64,000 nucleotides of DNA from Planctomycetota bacterium (GTDB lineage Bacteria; Planctomycetota; UBA8108; SXIK01): assembly GCA_965223265.1 (NCBI GenBank), contig OZ244999.1, positions 7,712,001 through 7,776,000 of the forward strand. Reading direction: 5' to 3'. The translations under genes and the position numbers were made by a program. Position 1 is the first letter of the stretch; the number at the start of each line of letters is the position of its first letter. The notes below the pieces were generated by a model. It worked only from the letters and a program-made list of their open reading frames with translations. It had not been told where the DNA came from and did no database searches. Of this stretch, positions 10,155 through 19,979 are shown piece after piece.

Positions 10155-11669
10155 TCAGTGCCGCTCGCCGTCGTACGAGGCCGCGAACGCCCTGCCTTCG
10201 CGGCGCCAGCGGCGGATCTCCTCGATGACCTCGGCGTGCGACTTACTGAGCGGCACGACCTCGTCGATCGCGTGCAGGAGATCCTCCTGACGCACCTCGC
10301 GGTGCTCATCAGCCAGCGCCGTGAACTGCGCCTCACGCACGACCTGCTCGATCTCGCGACCGACGAATCCCTTCGTTCTCTCGACGAGCTCCTTCAGCTC
10401 GAAGCGGCGCTCTGGGAAGGCCTCTCCGGCCTTGCTCAGGTGAATCGAAAAGATCTGCTTTCGTTCGTCGGCGCGTGGCAAGTCGAGAAAGAACGTACGG
10501 TCGAATCGACTCATGAGCTCAGGTGGCAAACCCTCGACGTCGTTCGCCGTGGCGAAGACAAAGACCGGCGACTTACGCTCCTGCATCCACGTCAGGAAAG
10601 TCCCGAAGACGCGCGACGCGGCGCCGCTGGAAAGACCGCTCGCGGCCACTGACGAGCCGGCGAACGCCTTTTCCATCTCGTCGATCCACAGAATGCACGG
10701 GCTCACAGTTTCCGCCAACTGAATCGCCTGGCGCATGTTGCCCTCTGACTCGCCGACGTACGCTCCAAAGAGTGCGCCGACGTCGAGACGCAAAAGCGGC
10801 ATCTTCCACAGCCCGGAGAGCAGCTTCGCGCACAGGCTCTTTCCCGTGCCAGGAATGCCAATCAACGCAACGCCACGCGGGTAAGGCACGTGCGCGGCGC
10901 GCGCCAGCGGCGTGAAACCGACGGCACGCTTCTTCAGCCACGCCTTCAGAGCCTCCAAACCGCCAACGCTCGCCTCACCCTCTTCCGCCGGCCAATACTC
11001 AAGCGCGCCGTTTTCGCGAATGATCTCCCGCTTCGTCGACGTCACGATCTCGATGCCGCGATCATCGAAGCAGCGGTATCGCGCCATGACGCGCGAAAAC
11101 GCCAGCCGCGCCTGATTCGTCGTCAATCCGAGCGCCGAGGAAATCAGACGCTCCTTGACGGCCTGGTCAGGGAGTACGCTGTCGAGCAGATGCGCCGTGA
11201 GTTTGTCGAACAGCGCGGTCAGCTCCTCCTCGTCGGGCAGCGGCACGTGCGTCACGACCACATCGTCGCGCAGCTCAGCTGGCAGCTCCGAGCACGGCGT
11301 CGTGAAAAGCAGAAAAATCCGGCGGGCACGCAGCTGCGGCGCCATGTTACGCAGCTTCCGCGTGGTCACCGCGGGGAATTGGCGCCAGACCTGGTGAAAA
11401 TCGCGCAGGACGAAAATGTGACCAGTCGGTGAACTGTCGTGAATGTAACCAAGCACACCGTCGGGACTGCAGTCGCGGTGCGGAAACGCAGCCTCGCCTC
11501 GACGAATCGATCGAAAACCGTCTGCGATGTCCCAAACAGTAATGCCCAGCTTTTCCGCCGCCTCAATCGCTCCAAGCAGCCGCACGATGCGATCTTCCTC
11601 GTAGGTGATCAGATTCACCAGAGGTACGCCGGCGGCAAGAAGCGAAGAGAGCTCGTCCTTAATACTCAC
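10155..11669 (-). CDS. Ycf46/SpoVK-like AAA+ ATPase (degenerate N-terminal AAA domain plus an active domain)
   Basis: Walker A GIPGTGKS, pore loop YVGESE, Walker B ILWIDEMEK, sensor ATAN and LPPELMSRFD. N-terminal TYEEDR...LRDFH as in the Ycf46 family. Confidence 0.9.
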   Translation of the reverse strand: MSIKDELSSLLAAGVPLVNLITYEEDRIVRLLGAIEAAEKLGITVWDIADGFRSIRRGEAAFPHRDCSPDGVLGYIHDSSPTGHIFVLRDFHQVWRQFPAVTTRKLRNMAPQLRARRIFLLFTTPCSELPAELRDDVVVTHVPLPDEEELTALFDKLTAHLLDSVLPDQAVKERLISSALGLTTNQARLAFSRVMARYRCFDDRGIEIVTSTKREIIRENGALEYWPAEEGEASVGGLEALKAWLKKRAVGFTPLARAAHVPYPRGVALIGIPGTGKSLCAKLLSGLWKMPLLRLDVGALFGAYVGESEGNMRQAIQLAETVSPCILWIDEMEKAFAGSSVAASGLSSGAASRVFGTFLTWMQERKSPVFVFATANDVEGLPPELMSRFDRTFFLDLPRADERKQIFSIHLSKAGEAFPERRFELKELVERTKGFVGREIEQVVREAQFTALADEHREVRQEDLLHAIDEVVPLSKSHAEVIEEIRRWRREGRAFAASYDGERH

Positions 11670-11899
11670 GGTGCGATTCGCTTTTCAAAAACCAACCAAG
11701 ACCCAATCAGATGATCGAACACAACGATTCGCCAACGAAGCATGGCGCTCGGCGGAGTCTCGAGAACGCACCGAGCGGCCCGCGCTCGAGTCACGCGGTG
11801 ATGCGCTGGACTCTTCCGCAGAGCGCGCGAAGAACTGCTGGCGATCTACGAGCGGACGGGGAATCAGGCCGTGAGTTGGCGGGCGCCGCAGGCAGTGAG

Positions 11900-13567
11900 T
11901 TACAGACGAACGACAGGATGATCGACCAGCAGAACGCGATCGGCCAACTGATCTTCGACGGTAACAAGGAGGCGGCGCATGGAATCGATGCAAAACGTGC
12001 ACAGAAACCGGCGCGCGTCACGGCTCATTTCGATCGGTGGGTCAGCAATGATGAACGTCGGATTGTTGTGATTCAGGCAAATGTATTCGTACTGTGACGC
12101 AACGCGACTCAGATCGCGCAGCGCGCCGCTCTCGTCGACAAGCGCCATGTCGAGACCACGCTTCTGCATTTGCGAGACCTCAAACACCTTGATGCCGATG
12201 CGGCGCATTCCATCGTAGCTTCCTTTCGCCCAAAAGCGAACTCGCTCGCTTTCAGAAGTGGGATATTCGGCACCGCAATGAAACAGGGCCTTGAACTCGT
12301 AGTCGCGCCGTTCGCTGCTGTAGCTTTCCACGGCGTAGTCGTGCTGCAGGATCGGCGTGACAACACCCTTACAAGCGCCACACGCTACAGCGGCGAACGG
12401 ACTCTCCAAGGCGACTTTGTTCGGAAAGGCCTCGGCAAGGAAGGCGCGCACCGCCGGCACTAAGCTCGTACCACCGGTGACCAAGACGCGCCGAAGGTCG
12501 CTACGGCGAACGCCGGCCTTGATCGCGGCGTTCTCGAGGGCTCGATCTACGGTTTCCCGAACGAGTCGAAGAAAGTCGTGCCGACCGAGTAGGCATCCAA
12601 GGCAGGAGGTCAAATCGTCAGCAACCTCGGGGTGAACGGTCCGCGAACTCTGCTTTGATGCCACACCGCAGCGAGGACAACTGCGGACGTATGTCGTCCG
12701 CAGTGGTGTCGAGACGCCATCGGCCGCGCGTCGAGTCGCAGCGGGAAGTACAAGATCCTGCGCTTCGACGCTGGGACGCGAAAGGTCCATCTTCACCTGC
12801 TCGGCAGCAACCAAAAGCACCGGCTCAAGGCGACGCCTGGCGGCTGCATCGATCTCGTGGCGCTCGCAAAAATCGGCGACCATCCAGGAATCGATGTCCA
12901 TGCCGCCAAGGTCCAGGCCAGCCTTGCCGAGCTGAACGGCCTTGCGCCCGCTCGCGCTCTCGAGGTCGAGCCGTACCACGGAGACGTCAAGGGTTCCGCA
13001 GCCGAAATCGAAGATGAGAAAGCGATCATCCCGCCGCGCCGTGACGTCGTGACCGAGGATGCACGCGGTCGCCTCGTCGAGAGGTCGCACCCGCCGCACG
13101 CCGATCGATTCTGCGACACCGAGGAGCCAATCCTCGAAGTCCTCAAAGGCCTCGACCGGAGCGGTCAACGTGAACTCGTCGTCAGCGAACGATATTTGAT
13201 CCTGGAGATAGTTAAGGGTCAGGGTCAAAAAATCCGCCGCGGCCTGCTGAGCTGTTTTAGGGCCATTCGGGGTTTTCTTGACCTTCGTCGACCCGATCGC
13301 AATGCTGCGTTTCATCCAACGAAACGTTTGCGGATGTTCGACGAGATCGCCCGCGACAACCTGACCGCCGATCAGCGTACGCTCGCCCTGGTAGTGAATC
13401 AGAGTTGGAATCAAGTGGATCGTGCGAACGTCGTCTTCGGAACGCATGCGATAGCGAACAGCGCGCGAAATCCCCGGCAGCGCCAGCGATTGGACGTCAC
13501 CGCTGTCGGCGTCGAGCCGAGCCACGAGGGTGTTGCTAGTGCCAAAGTCGACCGCGATATGGCTCAT
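11900..13567 (-). CDS. Atypical Hsp70-family ATPase
   Basis: Motifs VDFGTSNT, LDEATA, FDFGCGTLDVS, LGGMDID and VTGGTSLVP. The C-terminal region is short and non-canonical, with no DnaK lid. Confidence 0.88.
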   Translation of the reverse strand: MSHIAVDFGTSNTLVARLDADSGDVQSLALPGISRAVRYRMRSEDDVRTIHLIPTLIHYQGERTLIGGQVVAGDLVEHPQTFRWMKRSIAIGSTKVKKTPNGPKTAQQAAADFLTLTLNYLQDQISFADDEFTLTAPVEAFEDFEDWLLGVAESIGVRRVRPLDEATACILGHDVTARRDDRFLIFDFGCGTLDVSVVRLDLESASGRKAVQLGKAGLDLGGMDIDSWMVADFCERHEIDAAARRRLEPVLLVAAEQVKMDLSRPSVEAQDLVLPAATRRAADGVSTPLRTTYVRSCPRCGVASKQSSRTVHPEVADDLTSCLGCLLGRHDFLRLVRETVDRALENAAIKAGVRRSDLRRVLVTGGTSLVPAVRAFLAEAFPNKVALESPFAAVACGACKGVVTPILQHDYAVESYSSERRDYEFKALFHCGAEYPTSESERVRFWAKGSYDGMRRIGIKVFEVSQMQKRGLDMALVDESGALRDLSRVASQYEYICLNHNNPTFIIADPPIEMSRDARRFLCTFCIDSMRRLLVTVEDQLADRVLLVDHPVVRL

Positions 13568-14892
13568 CGTCCTGCGGAGCCTCCGGCGGTCTCGTCTCGA
13601 CCGTGCTCATCCGACTCCGACGCGGCAAGCTCGAGTTCGTCGACCGGTTCGAACTCACCGACGTCGTAGTCAACCTCGACGACCAGCGGCTCAAAGCTCC
13701 CGGTCGTCATGCGATAGGTGAGCACCAGTTGCAGAAGCCCGCGGGCGACCCCGAGAGATCCGCGCCACGCCTCCGGCGGCGCTGCGGCGAGACGTTCGAG
13801 CACGCTCGGCGTCGCGCGCGACGGTGGAAGCAGAAGCACGTGAGCGTCGGCGGGCAGCGCGCCAACCCAGCCCACCGGATCGATGATCTCGTCGTGGGTT
13901 ACGTCGTAGGTAACCCCTGTCAAGTAGCCGGCCAACCGCACGAGCCAGTGGCCGTGCTCTTCGACGGCCGCCGCGGCGTCGCTCAACGGTGACAATCGAC
14001 CCGCCAACGCGCCGACGATGCGCACTCCCTCGACCGGCTCGCAACTGTCGAGTCGTTCAAGGAGCACGCTGATCGATTCAGAAGCCAAAGCGCTGTCCCG
14101 GCCCTCGCGCAGCCACCCGTCGATGAGCGGATGAATGCTCGCAGCTGGACGAGGAGTGGGTGGTATGAGATCGCCCAAGCAGTCAAGCAGATCCTGCAGC
14201 AACTCGCGCTGCAGCGCGTCGTCGGGCTGCCAGTTAGCACGACCAAGGACGCGCAGCGCAGGGATGCCGTGGACAAGCGGCACTTCGATGATCGCACAGA
14301 AGAGTCGGTGCCAATCCTGATGCTTGATGAACGAGCGCACCGCAGCCTTGATCTCACTGTCGCTACACTCCGCGAGTGGTTTACGCTGCGCGAAAAAGCC
14401 GATGCAACGTCGATCCCCGCCGCGAACGATCTCGAGAACCTGTTGACGCAGTTCACCGCAGCCTCGCTCATACTCGAGGCGCAGGTTCTGAAAATTGCAG
14501 TCGGAGTCAAAATAGGCATCCATCTGCCGAGTGAGAAAGAGGAAAAGTGACGCTCTCTCGTCGTCGCGGGGTCGCATCCCGGTCTTGATGCAGATGCGTG
14601 CCGCGGCGCCGTGAGGGTCCTGGATCGCGGCTTCACACAACGCGTCGATGGCAACGTCACTCTTGAGTGACGCGAGCGCGTTGTGTGCTGTCGACGCAAC
14701 AGAAGCATCGATATGCTCAAGCGCTTCCACGAGAAGAGGAACCGCCTGTGGACGCTCACGATGCAGCACGAGCTTCCGCGCGGCGTGTCTCCAGCGCCAA
14801 CCGCGGAGAATCGGCAAGCGAGAGCCAAGACGCGACCGTAAGCGAGCGAGATCCCGATCTAGGGTGCTCGTTTGATCGTTTGGGACTCTCAT
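13564..14892 (-). CDS. Hypothetical alpha-helical (HEAT/ARM-repeat-like) protein
   Basis: HEAT-like segments (AVPLLVEALEH..ASVASTAHNAL; HWLVRLA). Its stop overlaps the Hsp70 start (ATGA). Confidence 0.65.
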   Translation of the reverse strand: MRVPNDQTSTLDRDLARLRSRLGSRLPILRGWRWRHAARKLVLHRERPQAVPLLVEALEHIDASVASTAHNALASLKSDVAIDALCEAAIQDPHGAAARICIKTGMRPRDDERASLFLFLTRQMDAYFDSDCNFQNLRLEYERGCGELRQQVLEIVRGGDRRCIGFFAQRKPLAECSDSEIKAAVRSFIKHQDWHRLFCAIIEVPLVHGIPALRVLGRANWQPDDALQRELLQDLLDCLGDLIPPTPRPAASIHPLIDGWLREGRDSALASESISVLLERLDSCEPVEGVRIVGALAGRLSPLSDAAAAVEEHGHWLVRLAGYLTGVTYDVTHDEIIDPVGWVGALPADAHVLLLPPSRATPSVLERLAAAPPEAWRGSLGVARGLLQLVLTYRMTTGSFEPLVVEVDYDVGEFEPVDELELAASESDEHGRDETAGGSAGR

Positions 14893-14894
14893 CG

Positions 14895-15680
14895 TCAGCG
14901 CCTTCTGAACGCGCCACGGCGCTCGTCCATGGCGACGCGGAATCCGTAGTGGGTGTCGCCCTCGTCAGGCTCGTGTCCATGACGGTACGCGGCCCGAAAG
15001 TTCTCCGCTGCGGTGTTGAACCAGGAACCGCCGCGCGCAACGCGAAGGCGGTCAGTCTCTGGGACGGAAAAGTCGCCGCGGGCATAGCGCTTGTACGCGG
15101 TAGTCTCGAATCCGTCGACACACCACTCCCACACGTTACCGCTCATTTGATAGCAGCCCCAAACGCTACAGCCCTGGGGATAATCCCAGACGCCGGTGGT
15201 CGTCAAGTGGCGTCGAGTGAGATCATTGTGGCAGTGGCCTTCATGCCAGCCGCGTCCCCACGGATAGACTCGTCCGTCATCCCCGCGCGCACCCTTTTCC
15301 CACTCGAGCTCGCTCGGAAGTCGTGCACCCGCCCACTGACAGTAGGAGGTCGCCTCGTGCCAGGTGACGCCGACAACTGGGTGGTCAGCCTTTTCGGGCG
15401 GCAGCGAATCGGCGCTCCACTCGTTTCGATCGAGTTCGCTACGCAGCGGCGGTGACTCGCCCGTGGCATCGAGATAGAGCTTGTACTGCGCGTTCGTCAC
15501 AGGATGCAGTGCTAGATAGAATGCTGGGAGATCGACCCAAAACGGCTGGCAGTCACCTTCGTGAAAACTAGTCCCGCCAGCGAGAAACGGGCCGCGGGGA
15601 ATGCGCACAAGGAGTGTGCCGTCCTGATCGTTCCGTGCGAGCCAATCGACGCGCTCGCGAAGGGGGGCGGTGTCGGGCAT
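14895..15680 (-). CDS. FGE-sulfatase (SUMF1 / C-type lectin fold) domain protein, cytoplasmic, probably non-catalytic
   Basis: Motifs PVTNAQY, HPVVGVTW, RLPSELEWEKGARG, YPWG, MSGNVWEW, RGGSW and GFRV. No signal peptide, and the FGE catalytic Cys pair is absent. Confidence 0.9.
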   Translation of the reverse strand: MPDTAPLRERVDWLARNDQDGTLLVRIPRGPFLAGGTSFHEGDCQPFWVDLPAFYLALHPVTNAQYKLYLDATGESPPLRSELDRNEWSADSLPPEKADHPVVGVTWHEATSYCQWAGARLPSELEWEKGARGDDGRVYPWGRGWHEGHCHNDLTRRHLTTTGVWDYPQGCSVWGCYQMSGNVWEWCVDGFETTAYKRYARGDFSVPETDRLRVARGGSWFNTAAENFRAAYRHGHEPDEGDTHYGFRVAMDERRGAFRRR

Positions 15681-15977
15681 GGTTCAGTGATGTGTTGCAG
15701 CGGTGTGTTGCAGCAGCGGGTGAGACAAAAACTCAGTTCCGTCGCACCAGCGCGCGGATGACTGTCCGGCGCCCAGTGTGATCGTTTATAGTATCACATG
15801 CTCGGGTGGGGATCCCGTTCTCGGACGGCGCACTGCCGTCGTTCTCACATCTTTCGCGTTCATGCTTTCGGCAGGTCGTGACCTCGCGCGCCGCGACCGC
15901 TCTCTCGAAGCCGCATCCTCATCGTCGCCCGATCACCATCTCAACACACTGAACGACGCCACCGAATCGAGGCCGCA

Positions 15978-18026
15978 ATGTACCCGATCCTTAACACCCG
16001 CAAATGGGCGACCCTGTTCTCTTTCATCAGCGCGACTCTGACCTTTGGCGCGCTTGGGCACGTTTTCGCGGCCGACGAACCGAAAGTTCCGCCTGTTGCT
16101 CGCGTGCTGAAGACTGACGCAGGTCCTGGTGAGTTTCACGTCTCTCCGGATTTCGGCATCGCCGGCGAATGGGGCACGTGGATCATCACTTATCGCGTTG
16201 GCGCACAAGGTATCGCTCGCGGTGGCGGCATCCGTGTGCAACTGCCTGACACTTGGCACTCCGGAGCGCGCAATTCCGCGAACCGCTTGCAGGCGACGGA
16301 TCCTACCGACAACCACCATGTCAGCTCTACCTGTTCACGATCCGACGTTCGCCTGCGCACAATCGTTGAAGCCGAGACTCCTCGCAAGTTGGTCAAGCAT
16401 GGAAAGCCGTCGCTCGACGGACGGTTGGAGCGCTACGTCTTCGTCGTGCGCGTCGTTGTCGCCGCGGGCTCACTCGCGGCCGGCGACCAGATCCAAGTGG
16501 TTTACGGCGATCGCCGCGGCGGCGGACGCGGCATGCTTGCTGGCGTTGTTGCGGCCGGACCCGAACCGGTGCTCGTTGCGCTCGATAGCGCAGGAACTGG
16601 CGAGTTTCGACTCCACGCGCGCCGCGACGTCTTGATGGAGTGCCTTCCTGGACCGGCAGTGGAGATGCTTCTGCACCTGCCGTCGAGCGCAGTGGTGAAC
16701 GAACGCGTTACCGGCCACGTCGCCCTTGTAGATCGTGAGAAGAACCCTGTCGCGCACAGCGCTGAGGTACACCTTGAGTTGACCCAAGGCCACGCAGCGT
16801 TTCCCGCCACCGTCGAGATCGAGCCTGACCGCGGCTACGCGACGTTCTCACTCGACGCTCAGTCGGTCGACGTCATTCGCCTTAGCGCCGAGGCGCACAC
16901 GCGCGGGCTCGCTGCGACCAGCAACCCACTCGAGGTGACGCCAGGAATCGGTTCGCGCGAGCGCTTGTTCTGGGGTGACCTCCACTCACACACGCACTAT
17001 AGCTGGGATGGGGTCGGCAACGACGCTTTTCGTTACGCGCGCCGTGTCTCCGGTCTCGACTTCTACGCCATGACGGATCACTCCAGGGCGCCGCAGGACG
17101 GCGTCACGCGGGGACTCGGGCACCACAATTGGGAGGCCTACAAGAAAGCGACCGACAATCACAACGCGCCCGGGGAGTTCGTGACGCTGCACGCATACGA
17201 ATGCTCCATGGGTCGACCGTACGGTCACCACAACGTGTTCTTTCGCGACCGCCCAGGTCCGCTTTACTACCCGTCAAAAAGCACACTACCACAGCTGTGG
17301 CGAGCGCTCTCCGCAGGTCAAGCCTTGACGATTCCGCACCACACCGGAAAGTTCCCTGCTGGTGTCCTCTTTCGGCCGCAGGACGACATGCTGCGTCGCA
17401 ACTTCGAGATCTACTCTGGCCACGGCCTCAGCGAAGCTTATGACCCAAAGCACCCATTGGCATTCGAGCACAGCCTCTTCACGTCCGATTCAAAAAGCTT
17501 ACGCGAGTCGACGTTCGCGCAGGACGTGTGGCGACAGGGCATCCTCTTATCGACGATCGCGGCCTCCGATGATCATCGCGCCCAACCAGGTCAGCCCCAC
17601 TACGGACTTGTCGCCGTTCGCGCCCACGAGCTGACGCGCGACGGTATCTTCCAGGCTCTCTTCGATCGCCGCACCTACGCTACGACTGGCGCGAAGATCA
17701 TCCTCGAGTTCTCCGTCGGCGGCCACCCAATGGGCTCGACTGTCTCTCTGAGCAAACCACCGAAAGTTCGCGTGCGAGCCATCGGTACGGACACAATCGC
17801 CTGGGTCGAAGTACTCCGCCTTGACGAGCGCGATGGCGAATTCGACGTCATTCAACGGTGGGAACCTCGAAGGGCTGAGTTTGAAGGCGCGTTCGTCGAT
17901 GAGAGCTATCGCCCTGGCTCGGTGTACTACACGCGCCTGCAGCAGGCTCGCGACATCCGCGAGCGCGCGGTGATGGCATGGTCGACGCCCGTCTGGACGA
18001 TGTTACTGAATGACGTCGAGCGCTAG
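15978..18026 (+). CDS. DUF3604 / PHP-like metallohydrolase domain protein, exported
   Basis: Signal peptide. Motifs WGDLHSHT, TDH, YE, GHHNV, IPHH, SDDH, TYATTG and WSTPVW. Confidence 0.82.
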   Translation: MYPILNTRKWATLFSFISATLTFGALGHVFAADEPKVPPVARVLKTDAGPGEFHVSPDFGIAGEWGTWIITYRVGAQGIARGGGIRVQLPDTWHSGARNSANRLQATDPTDNHHVSSTCSRSDVRLRTIVEAETPRKLVKHGKPSLDGRLERYVFVVRVVVAAGSLAAGDQIQVVYGDRRGGGRGMLAGVVAAGPEPVLVALDSAGTGEFRLHARRDVLMECLPGPAVEMLLHLPSSAVVNERVTGHVALVDREKNPVAHSAEVHLELTQGHAAFPATVEIEPDRGYATFSLDAQSVDVIRLSAEAHTRGLAATSNPLEVTPGIGSRERLFWGDLHSHTHYSWDGVGNDAFRYARRVSGLDFYAMTDHSRAPQDGVTRGLGHHNWEAYKKATDNHNAPGEFVTLHAYECSMGRPYGHHNVFFRDRPGPLYYPSKSTLPQLWRALSAGQALTIPHHTGKFPAGVLFRPQDDMLRRNFEIYSGHGLSEAYDPKHPLAFEHSLFTSDSKSLRESTFAQDVWRQGILLSTIAASDDHRAQPGQPHYGLVAVRAHELTRDGIFQALFDRRTYATTGAKIILEFSVGGHPMGSTVSLSKPPKVRVRAIGTDTIAWVEVLRLDERDGEFDVIQRWEPRRAEFEGAFVDESYRPGSVYYTRLQQARDIRERAVMAWSTPVWTMLLNDVER

Positions 18027-18380
18027 CGTCTCACGCGACCACTTCTCAGGTTTTGCAACCGCGTGATTCGCCCTGACGGGGTCCAGGCCTTGGCGAGTTC
18101 GCTCGGAGATTCTCCCTCGGAGACCCTCATCGAGACGCGATCTCGGGACATGCGCGTGTCTGGTATGGCAGCCACAGGAGGCTCTGGGGAGAAGGGGTTT
18201 GACGATCGCGGCCTCGAGGCGAAGATGCCGGAAGAACTTCGCCGCGTTTTCCGATCAAAGAGTGAAGCCTGAGCGAGTTGACCTTTCCGGAACCATCGTT
18301 CTTGACCCCACCACCCGCAGAATGACGGCAAGAACGTCCTCGGCTTTACTTGCAGACGTGTTGGAGCTCGATCCGTCAAA

Positions 18381-19598
18381 ATGAAACCAACATCGAACGA
18401 CAAAAGCCTGGCACAACGCGTGAAGAAGCAGCGCCGGAGCGGTACCGTGGGCGCGCTCCTTTTCTTCTCCGTCTTCTTCCTCATCGGTGCCGCCGGTACC
18501 TGGTTCCTCCTGGTCAACCCGTGGATCAAAAGCGGGAAGGCGCGGCAGTGGCACGAGGTGGAGTGTGAGATCGTCTCAAGCCAGCTGAAACGGCACACAG
18601 GCAAGTCCTCGACGTACAAAATCGACATTCACTTCCGCTACGACTACGAGGGGCGCTCTTATCGATCCGAAAGCTACAACTTCACCAGGTTCGCGTCGAG
18701 CTCGTACGAGTGGAAACGCGAAATCGTCGACACCCATCCGGCAGGCCGATGGACGACTGCGCTCGTCAATCCGTCGAATCCGGCCGAAGCCGTCATCGAC
18801 CCAAGCCTCACACCAGATGCCTGGTTCGGCCTGATCCCTTTGACGTTCTCTATCGTAGGACTGGCCGGGATCATCTGGAGCCTCGCGAAGCGCCGCGCGC
18901 TCCGGCGACGTGGCGATTCGATCGCCGCGAACCTAGAACTTCACGGGAAGCACCGTGAAAGCGTCTCTGACGTTCTCCCGGACTACCGCCGGAGCGAGGA
19001 GCCCATCGAGCTCAAGACCGAGTCCTCCCGTCGGGCGAATTTTATCGGCTGCCTCGTCGGCACCGTGCTCTGGAACGGGATCGTTGTTGCGGTCATGGTC
19101 GCACGCGGTGGAATGCCAACGTTTATGTTCGTTCTCTTCGGACTGGTGGGCGCCGTTCTGATCGTTTGCTGCGTCTACTTCTTCCTCGCACTGTTCAATC
19201 CGCAACCGATCGTCATCGTCAGCAGCGAAGCGATCCAACCGGGTCTTCCGCTTGGTGTCGGGTGGCAGCTCGACGGCCGTGTCGAGTCCATCACACATCT
19301 ACGCATCGACCTTGAGGGACGCGAACAGGCGACCTATCGACGCGGCACGAAGACTCGCACTGAATCGGAAGTCTTCGCGAAAGTTCCTGTGCTTGACACG
19401 ACGGATCACCAGGCGATGCGCAGCGGTCGTGAGAAGTTGACGATACCACGCGGCACCATGCACTCGTTCGAAGCAGAGAACAACAAGATCATCTGGACTC
19501 TCCGTGTACACGGTGACGTTCGATTCTGGCCGGACATCAAGGACGCGTTTCGCCTGGTCGTCATCCCATTCGCACTGAGCGAGGAAAGCGTCACGTGA
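18381..19598 (+). CDS. DUF3592-domain membrane protein with a C-terminal arrestin/SpoOM-like beta-sandwich
   Basis: TM, then W..VECEIVSS...YDYEGRSY...VNPSNPAEAV, then TM (DUF3592 pattern). Two further TMs and a soluble C-terminal domain. Confidence 0.75.
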   Translation: MKPTSNDKSLAQRVKKQRRSGTVGALLFFSVFFLIGAAGTWFLLVNPWIKSGKARQWHEVECEIVSSQLKRHTGKSSTYKIDIHFRYDYEGRSYRSESYNFTRFASSSYEWKREIVDTHPAGRWTTALVNPSNPAEAVIDPSLTPDAWFGLIPLTFSIVGLAGIIWSLAKRRALRRRGDSIAANLELHGKHRESVSDVLPDYRRSEEPIELKTESSRRANFIGCLVGTVLWNGIVVAVMVARGGMPTFMFVLFGLVGAVLIVCCVYFFLALFNPQPIVIVSSEAIQPGLPLGVGWQLDGRVESITHLRIDLEGREQATYRRGTKTRTESEVFAKVPVLDTTDHQAMRSGREKLTIPRGTMHSFEAENNKIIWTLRVHGDVRFWPDIKDAFRLVVIPFALSEESVT

Positions 19599-19972
19599 AC
19601 ACCATCTCTCTCAAGACCGAAGGCGACTCCCGTGGCTTCGCACCAGGCGAGGTCGTCCGTGGTGAGATTACTTGGGATCTAGAGTCAGAACCTGAGCACA
19701 TCGAATTGCACGCCATCTGGCACACGGAAGGAAAGGGGACAAGAGACGCCGGTCTCGTGGTGACGCGGCGCTTCGACACGGTGTCGCGACGTGACGAGGT
19801 CCACTTCGAGATCAAGATGCCGCAGGCGCCCTACTCCTATGAGGGGAACTTGATCTCCATCGTCTGGCTTCTCGAAGCCGTGGCGATGCCGTCGGGCAAG
19901 GCGACTCAGGTGCCCATCACGTTGGGGCCGGACAGGGCGGCAATCACCGCTGCAGGCGCAAACACACCATGA
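19595..19972 (+). CDS. Small arrestin/SpoOM-like beta-sandwich hypothetical protein
   Basis: GTGA overlap with the upstream gene, with GAGG upstream. Pattern F.PGE.V.G...W...W.TEGKG...P..PYSY.G.LISIVW.L. Confidence 0.75.
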   Translation: MNTISLKTEGDSRGFAPGEVVRGEITWDLESEPEHIELHAIWHTEGKGTRDAGLVVTRRFDTVSRRDEVHFEIKMPQAPYSYEGNLISIVWLLEAVAMPSGKATQVPITLGPDRAAITAAGANTP

Positions 19973-19979
19973 TCCTGTG

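Noticed and set aside
11670-11899. Small fifth gene between the Hsp70 and the AAA+ ATPase
   Set aside because: The candidate ORFs overlap the Hsp70 end, lack a clear RBS and have no protein-like features.
14895-15680. True formylglycine-generating enzyme
   Set aside because: The catalytic Cys pair after RGGS is absent, and no sulfatase is adjacent.
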